A DNA stretch of 64,000 bases from Escherichia coli (GTDB lineage Bacteria > Pseudomonadota > Gammaproteobacteria > Enterobacterales > Enterobacteriaceae): assembly GCF_003019035.1 (NCBI RefSeq), contig NZ_CP027448.1. One strand, 5' to 3'. Positions 50,538-58,842 of the stretch are shown piece by piece. Every line of letters begins with the position of its first letter. Position 1 is the stretch's first letter. Position numbers and translations under genes: made by a program. The notes beneath the pieces are model-generated. The model did not search any database, was not told the DNA's origin, and worked only from the letters and a program-made list of their open reading frames with translations.

Positions 50538-50562
50538 AAAAAAAAGCGGGGATTTTCCCCGC
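50538..50562 (-). terminator. Rho-independent terminator after ORF 50568..51344
   Basis: Minus strand: GCGGGG-AAAAT-CCCCGC followed by T8 (plus-strand A-run 50538..50545), starting 5 nt after the stop. Confidence 0.7.
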
Positions 50563-50567
50563 CATCA

Positions 50568-51344
50568 TCAGCCCCTGATTTTTGCCAGGGCATCCGCCAT
50601 GCTGCGGATTTCGGCCCGGGCTTCCCGGACAACTTCCCGCAGAACACCACGGTCAAACCTCTGGCGGGGCGGTTCATCCGGTATACGCAGCACATCGCAG
50701 GCCAGCCCACTGGACAGGATATGTTCAATACAATCGCTGACCAGATACATTTCCACCGCCGAAAAACGTGCGCCCCGGTTCAGGATGGCATCGAGCACCA
50801 CGGGCAGGTTTTCGTCGTCCTCATCGAGCCAGCAGGGGTGATCGCTTTCCTTCACGACCAGGCGAAAGCGGCGCGTCTGGCGGGTCAGTAACGTCTGACC
50901 AGTGGTGGTCAGCGCCGCCCGGATACGCCGCGTATCTTCTGCCACCCGGCAACTGACACTGCGTACCGCATCGCGCACCGCCGCAAGTACAGCCCTGATT
51001 TCGTCTTCGGTCAGCCATTCACCGGCATACGGAAAAGACACCTGCGTTCCGTCTGCCGGAAGTACCGGCAGCGACTGCCACTGACTGCCGGACAGTACAA
51101 GTTCCTCCCCGGTTCCGGTCAGTTTGTGAATGGCGGAGGCCAGGAGCGGCGGCAGTACGCCGCCGTGACGGTTTATAAGTAACGTCGCCAGCTGGGGCGC
51201 ATCCAGCCGCACGTAAATGCTGATCCAACCCGGATAGTTCGGGTTTCGCTGGTCAACATCAGTCTCTTCCGGCCAGCCCTGCGCCAGCAGCAGGTCGCGG
51301 GCGTGACGACAAATCAGTGCATTCAGCGTTGTGTTTTCGTTCAT
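50568..51344 (-). CDS. Conserved leading-region protein, 258 aa, unknown function
   Basis: Clean ORF with its own terminator; no motif recognised. Confidence 0.55.
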   Translation of the reverse strand: MNENTTLNALICRHARDLLLAQGWPEETDVDQRNPNYPGWISIYVRLDAPQLATLLINRHGGVLPPLLASAIHKLTGTGEELVLSGSQWQSLPVLPADGTQVSFPYAGEWLTEDEIRAVLAAVRDAVRSVSCRVAEDTRRIRAALTTTGQTLLTRQTRRFRLVVKESDHPCWLDEDDENLPVVLDAILNRGARFSAVEMYLVSDCIEHILSSGLACDVLRIPDEPPRQRFDRGVLREVVREARAEIRSMADALAKIRG

Positions 51345-51389
51345 GATTAATCGTTCTCCCTGTATCGCCGCCCGGAGGCGGCGATAACA

Positions 51390-51824
51390 TCAGTCGTTTT
51401 CGTGTGTGTTGTTTTTCAGCAGGCTGCGGGTCTGATTAACCACCGCCTGACGGCGGGTGACGCATTCCGGGACGGCGAGGCCGTTATCACGGGCGGCCCA
51501 TTCACGCTTCCACAGTGCCTGTTCAGCGGTCTGAATCAGGGACGCCAGCAGTTCAGCAGGGACGGTCACCTGGCGGTTTTCACTCACGTTGCTGATAATC
51601 TCCATCGCCGCACAGGAAGAAATACCGGACTCAGTCCGCTGGTCTTCCGGGATGTCCTCCAGCCGCGCCAGGACGGTCCTGATTTCATGATCGGACAGGG
51701 AAATATCCATTCCGTCAGCGAGGGCCTGAGTTTCTTCCGGGGACCAGATAACCAGCATCAGCGGCGTGTCTCCCGGATACTGCGCTGCCAGCTCCCGGCA
51801 CAGCGTTTCGCATGTTCCGTACAT
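51390..51824 (-). CDS. Leading-region protein, 144 aa (DUF1380-like paralogue)
   Basis: See 49261..49683; MYGTCETLCRELAAQYPGDTPLMLVIW...RQVTVPAELLASLIQTAEQAL. Confidence 0.55.
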   Translation of the reverse strand: MYGTCETLCRELAAQYPGDTPLMLVIWSPEETQALADGMDISLSDHEIRTVLARLEDIPEDQRTESGISSCAAMEIISNVSENRQVTVPAELLASLIQTAEQALWKREWAARDNGLAVPECVTRRQAVVNQTRSLLKNNTHEND

Positions 51825-51837
51825 TCTCGTCTCCTTC

Positions 51838-52059
51838 TCAATCTTTGAAGCAGGAATCCAGTTCCAGAATTTCGGTATACGCCTCCATAAACAGGCGATT
51901 GGCGCGATACAGCGTCTGGCGTGTCAGGCGTTCAACAAGCACATCGGAATCAAAGCGACAGCGATGCTCCATATCGTTCAGCCTGGCCCGAAGGTCACAC
52001 ATGGTGTTGGCCACCTCCGCCACGTCGGCGCGAAGTTTTTCGTGTCCGGCATAGTTCAT
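51838..52059 (-). CDS. Hypothetical helical protein, 73 aa
   Basis: Start codon directly abuts the stop of the methylase gene (52060), so probably co-translated. Confidence 0.5.
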   Translation of the reverse strand: MNYAGHEKLRADVAEVANTMCDLRARLNDMEHRCRFDSDVLVERLTRQTLYRANRLFMEAYTEILELDSCFKD

Positions 52060-52743
52060 TTACGCAGCCTCCGGTTCAAACCAGTTATCATTCGCGGCCC
52101 CCTGCTGCATGGCCCGTTGCACGGCGGCCATTCGTTGCTGTCCGGCACGGTGATACTGTTCAAGCAGCTCGATACCGATATACCGGCGTCCGGACTGAAG
52201 GGCGACCACGCAGGTTGAGCCGCTGCCTGCAAACGGGTCCAGCACAATCGCGTTCGGATGTGTGAAGCTCTCAATCAGTGGTTGCAGGCTGGTAACGGGC
52301 TTTTCCGTCGGGTGATGGCGGTTGCCTGAATATTTCCAGCCCAGCACGTCCGGCAGCAGGTTTTGTGGCAGACGTGGACGGCCTTTTGCCAGGATGTAGG
52401 CGCATTCGTGGCGATAGCCCACATATGCGGCCTTCGATGTGTAGTTTTTGGTGAAGACCAGGTGCTCGACCACACTGAATCCCGCATTTTTCCAGGCGGC
52501 CATAAAGCGATCGACGCGGTTCCAGCCATAGAGGCTCACCATCAGCGCGTCTTTTTTCAGCACACGGTACATTTCATTACAGGCCGGTTGCAGCCATTCA
52601 TCGGTTTTATCACCCGCGATGGTACGTCCCTGACGGTCACGAAAACCGACGAGGTACGGCGGGTCAGTCAGCATGAAATCAATGGCGTTATCAGGGATAC
52701 GGGCCATAACATCGATGCAGTTACCGAGGACAAAACGGGACAT
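52060..52743 (-). CDS. Orphan DNA N6-adenine/N4-cytosine methyltransferase (beta-class), 227 aa
   Basis: Motif IV LTDPPYL near the N-terminus, motif I VLDPFAGSGSTC near the C-terminus, HPTEKP in between; no cognate endonuclease. Confidence 0.88.
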   Translation of the reverse strand: MSRFVLGNCIDVMARIPDNAIDFMLTDPPYLVGFRDRQGRTIAGDKTDEWLQPACNEMYRVLKKDALMVSLYGWNRVDRFMAAWKNAGFSVVEHLVFTKNYTSKAAYVGYRHECAYILAKGRPRLPQNLLPDVLGWKYSGNRHHPTEKPVTSLQPLIESFTHPNAIVLDPFAGSGSTCVVALQSGRRYIGIELLEQYHRAGQQRMAAVQRAMQQGAANDNWFEPEAA

Positions 52744-53085
52744 AACAACGCTCCTTCTTTCACAGAGGGCACCGGGAGGGCCCCCTGTGGTGCCCGTTCC
52801 CCGCTGCCTGTGGGCTGTTCACCGCGTCCGGTAACTGGTCAGGCCGACCGTGGAATACCGCAGCCGTCGTCTTTTTGACGGCAAGGTTATGCCGCGAAAG
52901 CGGCTTGAAGGGCGTTCATCAGAAAAGGGCGACGGGCTGGCGTACACTGTCACCGACGCCAGCCGGGAGCGGTAAAAGCGACCGTTCCGTGCCCGCCGGA
53001 CGCGGGACACTGACCACAGGCAGCGTTCCTGCCGCGCCGCGTCAGCCGGCGCAGTAAAAAGAGGAGCACGGCGACATCCTTTGTC

Positions 53086-53114
53086 GGAAAAGAAACGGGC
53101 GGTTGCCCGCCCGT
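53086..53114 (-). terminator. Terminator hairpin after ORF 53127..54053
   Basis: Minus strand ACGGGCGG-GCAA-CCGCCCGT followed by TTCTTTTCC. Confidence 0.55.
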
Positions 53115-53126
53115 CTCCGTCATACT

Positions 53127-54053
53127 TCATCCGCCATAATGCGCCACATTGTCGACTATCCACGCAGGTCCGGTGACCTCCGGCAGCTCATCGTCATCTG
53201 TCGGGGAAGACCATTCCTGTTCCCCCCACAGAACATCAACAAGCTCTCCACGCTCATATCGCTGCCAGCCACAGAAATTGCAGCCCTGTTCGGCATACCA
53301 GTGCTCCAGCGTGCAGCCGAAACGGCGGCTTAATTCTGCAACAACGTCGCTTTCCGGCTGACACCACGGCGTGTCAAAATCCACCTGAATGAAGTTTTCT
53401 CCCTGACGGCCGATATTCAGGTCATACCCACAAGGCCACTTCACGCCATACCGTTCCGTATACCAGTGATATGCAGAAGGAACACCGTTCAGAACACCAC
53501 CGTTAAAGCCGTTCACTTCAACATCCAGGCGGGTCGGCAGAACCGTCAGCAGGTCAAACGGCATGGTTTTTTCCGGCACTACGTTGTCACACAGACGGTT
53601 CCACCACACCGATACATCCTCGTTACTCCAGAAGCCACACCAGTCACCTCTTTTTGCGGTGAAAAGTGCGGTGATGGTATCCCTGACATCGTCCGGTAAT
53701 CCTTCCCAGCGACGCTGTCCAGTACCGCTCTGCAGCCAGAGTTCATGCAGCATCAGGCAGTTTTGCTCATCCAGCAGTACACCGTCCTGCAGATATGTCA
53801 GCCAGCGGGTGAACGCGATATTCTCCGGCGATACAACGCCACGCCCGGCAGCCGTCAGTCCGGGGCATGGTTCAAACCGCACATCTTCAGTGGTCTGCAG
53901 AAGTCCGGCACTTCCGGCCAGAAACAGCTGAATACCTTCATTTGTGGCGCGGCGATAAAGCGGTGTGACTGCGCCGCTGGCCAGTCGTTTAATCTCAGCG
54001 ATCTGTGCCGGTTCACCAGAAAAATACATACGATTCGAGCACCAGTTTGGCAT
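53127..54053 (-). CDS. Conserved leading-region protein, 308 aa (recalled as DUF1281-like)
   Basis: ATG 54053 with GAGGAG SD: MPNWCSNRMYFSGEPAQIAEIKRLASGAV...; the upstream extension in the track is unlikely. Confidence 0.6.
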   Translation of the reverse strand: MPNWCSNRMYFSGEPAQIAEIKRLASGAVTPLYRRATNEGIQLFLAGSAGLLQTTEDVRFEPCPGLTAAGRGVVSPENIAFTRWLTYLQDGVLLDEQNCLMLHELWLQSGTGQRRWEGLPDDVRDTITALFTAKRGDWCGFWSNEDVSVWWNRLCDNVVPEKTMPFDLLTVLPTRLDVEVNGFNGGVLNGVPSAYHWYTERYGVKWPCGYDLNIGRQGENFIQVDFDTPWCQPESDVVAELSRRFGCTLEHWYAEQGCNFCGWQRYERGELVDVLWGEQEWSSPTDDDELPEVTGPAWIVDNVAHYGG

Positions 54054-54407
54054 GGGAATTCTCCTCTCACATGCGGCCTCCATCAGGCCGTGCCGCACCT
54101 GTAACCGGGCGACCGCATACGAATGCAGGTGCGGCCCCGAAGCCGCAGCGCGTGGAGGAGGAACGACGAAACGTGACCGGGTGAGGAGGCCGGCGACAGC
54201 GACACACTTGCATCGGATGCAGCCCAGTTAACGTGCCGGCACGGCCTGGGTAACCAGGTATTTTGTCCACAGAACCGTGCACAAAATGCTGTGGATAAGC
54301 TGGACACAGCAGCCCACAGCAGGCATACAGCCACACCCTCAGAGAATTGAACGTTTTTTAGCCGCAACAATGACATTTGACTGTATGTGGATTCAGTTAT
54401 TAGAATG

Positions 54408-54423
54408 CTGTATATGCATACAG
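54408..54423 (+). promoter_or_regulatory. LexA (SOS) box of the impCAB operon
   Basis: CTGTATATGCATACAG = perfect CTGT-N8-ACAG, 24 nt upstream of impC; a weaker box CTGTATGTGGATTCAG lies at 54381..54396. Confidence 0.8.
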
Positions 54424-54446
54424 CAAAAGAAAAGAGAGATGAGAAC

Positions 54447-54695
54447 ATGATCCGCATTGAAATTCTTTTCGACCGCCAGAGCACAAAAAACCTCAAATCA
54501 GGCACACTTCAGGCGCTACAGAATGAAATCGAACAACGACTGAAACCACACTACCCGGAAATCTGGCTGCGTATAGACCAGGGCAGCGCCCCGTCTGTAT
54601 CTGTCACAGGAGCCCGCAACGACAAGGATAAAGAACGTATCCTGTCTCTGCTGGAAGAAATCTGGCAGGACGACAGCTGGCTGCCTGCAGCATGA
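54447..54695 (+). CDS. impC: ImpC, DinI-family protein, 82 aa
   Basis: ATG 54447: MIRIEILFDRQSTKNLKSGTLQALQNEIEQRLKPHYPEIWLRIDQGSA... (DinI-like pattern); overlaps impA start (ATGA). Confidence 0.8.
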   Translation: MIRIEILFDRQSTKNLKSGTLQALQNEIEQRLKPHYPEIWLRIDQGSAPSVSVTGARNDKDKERILSLLEEIWQDDSWLPAA

Positions 54696-55129
54696 GTACC
54701 GTTTATCACCGTCCGGCTGACCCTTCAGGCGATGACAGTTACGTGCGACCGTTGTTTGCCGATCGTTGCCAGGCCGGTTTTCCTTCGCCTGCCACTGATT
54801 ATGCTGAGCAGGAACTGGATCTGAACAGCTATTGCATCAGCAGACCTGCAGCCACCTTCTTTCTGCGCGCCAGCGGTGAATCGATGAACCAGGCTGACGT
54901 GCAGAATGGTGATCTGCTGGTAGTGGACAGGGCCGAAAAACCACAACACGGGGACATCGTTATCGCTGAGATCGACGGTGAGTTCACCGTCAAACGACTG
55001 CTGTTGCGCCCACGCCCGGCACTGGAGCCGGTTTCAGACAGCCCGGAGTTCCGCACACTGTATCCGGAAAACATCTGTATTTTTGGTGTTGTCACTCACG
55101 TGATACACAGGACGCGGGAGTTACGCTGA
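54692..55129 (+). CDS. impA: ImpA, UmuD-family S24 self-cleaving protein, 145 aa
   Basis: ...GFPSPATDY..., catalytic Ser in RASGESM and Lys in FTVKRL. Confidence 0.9.
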   Translation: MSTVYHRPADPSGDDSYVRPLFADRCQAGFPSPATDYAEQELDLNSYCISRPAATFFLRASGESMNQADVQNGDLLVVDRAEKPQHGDIVIAEIDGEFTVKRLLLRPRPALEPVSDSPEFRTLYPENICIFGVVTHVIHRTRELR

Positions 55130-55256
55130 TGTTTACACTGGCTGATATCAACAGTTTCTACGCCTCATGTGAAAAAGTTTTCCGCCCGGACCTTCGCAAC
55201 GAACCGGTCATCGTACTCAGCAATAACGATGGCTGTGTGATCGCACGCAGCCCAGA
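55129..55256 (+). pseudogene. impB: impB (UmuC-family Y-polymerase) 5' fragment, codons 1-42
   Basis: MFTLADINSFYASCEKVFRPDLRNEPVIVLSNNDGCVIARSP, then the frame is lost at 55257. Confidence 0.9.
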
Positions 55257-55301
55257 TTATGTGGAATTGCAAGTAACGTTGTAGTGCTGATGAGGAAAAT
55301 T

Positions 55302-57530
55302 TTATCTGACTACAATATTGATATCGTTTTCCGCAACAATCAGCATCACGGCAGGTAAACCCTCCACACGCATTTTCTGGTGTAATTTTTTGATTAAATT
55401 ATCATCTTCATTACTGGCTTTTGCGGAAAAGCCTTGTGGATGGGAGTGCCATTCGCCAACATAATCGACAACACGAGCGGTCAACTGGTGAACCCGTTCT
55501 AATGCTTCTTGTTGTCCCGCTTCTCCCCGGACAAAGGAGGCTGGAGAGGATTTACTGTCGATAGGTTCAGGGAGCACGTCAACCAGAATAATCGTTTTGT
55601 TCTTAAAATCTGTTATGCCAACAATTGCACCTCCTGTTTCATTAGGCAGTGCCTGTAAGCGGGTGTGCTGCAATTTTTGCGCTAAGCCCTGGTCATATTT
55701 AACAACCCATTCGCCAGAAATTATAGATACCACGGAATAGAGTTCAATTTCATGTGCATCCATCGCGCCTGATATTTCATCAGATACCCAGATACACAAT
55801 CGAGCATTTCCTTTGAGTGCAGTCTGGCGAAGTTGGCGTGAGAGGATACCGGCATGAACATGAATACATTCACTGGACATACGTACAGAAATATCCCGAC
55901 ATCCACCACCGACCCAACGATCGCCATAATTGTGCTGTAGGTGAGTACTTCCCCACTCACTGCTCAAAATTGCCCGATAGTATTGCCCCTCAATTGCATC
56001 AATTCGGCATTGTCTGTCTACATCCTCCATTAACATCACGCTAGACTGACCCGATGGAGTCAGAAACAGGCTAACTATTCTGGGTATATCATCTTTTAAC
56101 ACTAGAGTCCTCGGCACCTCAAAGGTGGTACTGACATCCACAACTAAGTCTGCCTCATTCATTGCCTTAGCAATATCATCATCGTCATCAAGAATACTTT
56201 TATGGATCGCCTGAGGGAGGGGCTCATGCGGATAAATAGATTTGGCAATATGCTGAATAATATGGGGTTTTGAGACTCCAATATGACAATCAAACCCAAT
56301 ATGGCGAGACAAATTATGTGGAAGAAGCCGATCTGGATCAATAAAAGTCCATGTCCCCCACCCCATTCGAATCCAAATATCAGCCAATGTACTACCAAGA
56401 GCGCCAACTCCAGCTAAAATACCTCGAAAAGCTGCACTCTCTGAATCAACAGCAGATATGTCTCTCGCATGTGTGGCCTTCATAGCCGAACGTATTTCAA
56501 CTGGTAAAAGCGGTAATTGTCGCCACTTGGTACTAATTGATCCGCCAAGAAGCCGTACGCGATGCTGTACTCCTCGCTCATTTTTTGGCGCCAGCATATC
56601 TAGTGCAGTGGCAAGTTCACCGAGTGAACTTTGCACAACATAGCCCATCACATCCGTACGTTCTGTTTCTCCGTTTCTTAGACGGGGGATCCAAAGCAGG
56701 ATAAGTAAGCCTTCTCCTTTACCAGACGTTGGGCGGATACCATCACTTGGTATTGCTTCATAAACAGCGTCAGTTAGTGGTTTTAGGAGCTCACTTCCCC
56801 ATTCATTAAGTTGTTCTTCTAATTTTCCCAGATTATCCGGGTATGTAGCCACCGTAGAAACATCGACAGGAGGAACAGCAATAGTTAATAAGCGAAATGG
56901 CTTAACGCTTGAGGTATCTTGTTCTGGTACAGCCCTTAAAATAATCGGTCGCCCCTCACTGACCATCTGGAGACTGAGCTTATTGTCAGTCGCGTGATGA
57001 TAATCGGGGTAATTGGCTGGCAAAATGAGCTGATAGGGACTCAAATAAAAAAGTTGCTCAAGTGGCTGATCTTCTCGATGTAGATGCAGTTCGGCCGATT
57101 CTCTAAGCCACCAAAAAATGCGCTCAAGGAATCTCTCGGGGGTCCAACTGCGCTCAACTGCGCTCCAGGAGGCCTCATATAGGCAAAGAATTCGTGGTGA
57201 GCCAGGTTCTCCAGCATGCTGGTGAGAAAGAACAGGGAAATCTTTCCGCAATGCATGAACCAAGATAGGTATGCTTGATTTGGGATTGACCTCAATAGCC
57301 AATCGTTCTTTACGACGAATACGGGCTTGATTACCAGAAGCCACAGTCCCATCAGCAGCATCAATGATTAGATATTCCGAGCGGTTATCATTTATTTCAG
57401 AAAATCGTAATTCTCTGACTGTGACGTAAGGATGATTCTCGCATGCTTTAAGCAGCGAAATCGTTTGTGGATAAAGGCTATCGCGCCCCGATGAATCGAG
57501 GCGCTCACCCAATTCGAAATATTCGATCAT
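55302..57530 (-). CDS. E2-like / E1 (ThiF) adenylation / JAB deubiquitinase-like triple-fusion protein, 742 aa (Cap2+Cap3-like)
   Basis: E2-like LSHQHAGEPGSPRILC(116)LYE. E1 GILAGVGALGS (G374-x-G-x-x-G379), FIDPDRLLPHNLSRH, ADLVVDVSTTFE, GGGC(544)RD. JAB NE(631)TGGAIVG and EWH(695)SH(697)PQGFSAKAS(706)NED(709). Confidence 0.8.
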   Translation of the reverse strand: MIEYFELGERLDSSGRDSLYPQTISLLKACENHPYVTVRELRFSEINDNRSEYLIIDAADGTVASGNQARIRRKERLAIEVNPKSSIPILVHALRKDFPVLSHQHAGEPGSPRILCLYEASWSAVERSWTPERFLERIFWWLRESAELHLHREDQPLEQLFYLSPYQLILPANYPDYHHATDNKLSLQMVSEGRPIILRAVPEQDTSSVKPFRLLTIAVPPVDVSTVATYPDNLGKLEEQLNEWGSELLKPLTDAVYEAIPSDGIRPTSGKGEGLLILLWIPRLRNGETERTDVMGYVVQSSLGELATALDMLAPKNERGVQHRVRLLGGSISTKWRQLPLLPVEIRSAMKATHARDISAVDSESAAFRGILAGVGALGSTLADIWIRMGWGTWTFIDPDRLLPHNLSRHIGFDCHIGVSKPHIIQHIAKSIYPHEPLPQAIHKSILDDDDDIAKAMNEADLVVDVSTTFEVPRTLVLKDDIPRIVSLFLTPSGQSSVMLMEDVDRQCRIDAIEGQYYRAILSSEWGSTHLQHNYGDRWVGGGCRDISVRMSSECIHVHAGILSRQLRQTALKGNARLCIWVSDEISGAMDAHEIELYSVVSIISGEWVVKYDQGLAQKLQHTRLQALPNETGGAIVGITDFKNKTIILVDVLPEPIDSKSSPASFVRGEAGQQEALERVHQLTARVVDYVGEWHSHPQGFSAKASNEDDNLIKKLHQKMRVEGLPAVMLIVAENDINIVVR

Positions 57531-58708
57531 TGGTTTGATACACCTGCCCTAGGAGCGGCGGCCGTAGCAGCACTTACCGCAGCTGAAACAGCACCAACAA
57601 TAGCGGGTATTAACTTCCCGTCTCCAGCCACTTCAAATTCAAGGAACGCTGTATCTTTAAGATCCCCCGTACAGCTAAACCAACCATCAACACTGTCCAG
57701 AATATCCTCATACTCACGCTTAGCCCGGATGCACGGTGGATCATAATCATCATCAAGTATCTGATTGCTACTCGATACAATTGTTGCCCCGGAACGAGCC
57801 TGACCTAAAGCATTACGGGCCGCATCACAAACTTCAGCATTCTCCCCCCATTGTGACCAGCTATCATAGGAAAGTGAATGCCATGAACAATGATGCGGTG
57901 TGAGGAGAAGATCATATTCTAGTGCCTCAGCATTGCTTTTGTAACGATCCCATAATCGCTCCCAGATGAGAACTTCTGCGTCTCCACCTAATAGAAAGTG
58001 CATAGGATTACGGGAATATGCAGAGGGCAGTATTTTCATGTTCATGATGATACTGGATTCGTTTTTAGAAAGAGCTTCTTCCAAATATTCATCATCTTCA
58101 TGTGGTGCGGGCGCCAGAAGCTGTGCGGAGAACACTTCTGAAATTTGCCCGTCAATTCTGGTGAATGTATCTCCAGCTTTGATAAGAATGGCACTCAGAT
58201 CATCTGTTTTGCCATTAATATCTTCACCCATGATAAGGATTCGATTACCGCTAGATGCATAACCATGTTCCCGCCAGTATTTTACTCGGCGCCGTGCTTC
58301 TGTATTAAATGCCTGAGCATCTTCGCAAAGTGTGTGACTTTTGGAACGACGCCGAAAAATCAATGGTGATGACCACAATTCTCGAATAATGATACGCTTT
58401 TCTGAACGTTTCACATCGTCATCTGGATAATCTTCAGGACGGCCCAGCCAGAAATGTTTACGCAGGCCACCGCAATGATCCTGATCGGGATGACTGAGCA
58501 TAAAAACATCAATAAAGGGACGATCTTTTTCATCATACTTCAATCTGCTACGTAATGCCGAGGCAACATCAGGTGTGTCATCATTGGGGTTATCAGCAGC
58601 AGAGCGAATATGTACATCAATCAGAATGGATGTGCCCCGGGTGTCGGCCAAACGTACCAGTGTCATATCACCGTTGCCGACTTGGAAAAAAGTAATTTTG
58701 GCTGCCAT
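57527..58708 (-). CDS. Metallo-beta-lactamase-fold hydrolase, ComEC/Rec2-like subtype, 393 aa, with Ala/Gly-rich C-terminal tail
   Basis: FFQVGNGDMTLV, LSHPDQDHCGG, LLGGDAE and LTPHHCS follow the ComEC-type MBL motif order. The AGGAG SD favours ATG at 58708 over 58714. The stop overlaps the next gene's start (ATGA at 57527..57530). Confidence 0.78.
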   Translation of the reverse strand: MAAKITFFQVGNGDMTLVRLADTRGTSILIDVHIRSAADNPNDDTPDVASALRSRLKYDEKDRPFIDVFMLSHPDQDHCGGLRKHFWLGRPEDYPDDDVKRSEKRIIIRELWSSPLIFRRRSKSHTLCEDAQAFNTEARRRVKYWREHGYASSGNRILIMGEDINGKTDDLSAILIKAGDTFTRIDGQISEVFSAQLLAPAPHEDDEYLEEALSKNESSIIMNMKILPSAYSRNPMHFLLGGDAEVLIWERLWDRYKSNAEALEYDLLLTPHHCSWHSLSYDSWSQWGENAEVCDAARNALGQARSGATIVSSSNQILDDDYDPPCIRAKREYEDILDSVDGWFSCTGDLKDTAFLEFEVAGDGKLIPAIVGAVSAAVSAATAAAPRAGVSNQ

Positions 58709-58767
58709 CGACATCTCCTTTAGGGATACGAAAGATTGAGGTTAAGAGCATCTATTGCTAAGATACA

Positions 58768-58795
58768 TCTAGTAATTATACTAGTCTAGTAATTA
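58768..58795. promoter_or_regulatory. Candidate operator in the divergent promoter region
   Basis: Direct repeats TCTAGTAATTA at 58768..58778 and 58785..58795, enclosing the palindrome TACTAG-T-CTAGTA (58779..58791). Confidence 0.4.
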
Positions 58796-58842
58796 GACGT
58801 ATATTTTGGACTTAAATTGTAAGTACAGGAAATTATTGATAA

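Noticed and set aside
54083-54505. 140-aa and 89-aa minus-strand ORFs upstream of impC
   Set aside because: They run through the LexA boxes and impC promoter/start and have odd composition with no SD. They are likely non-coding spacer.
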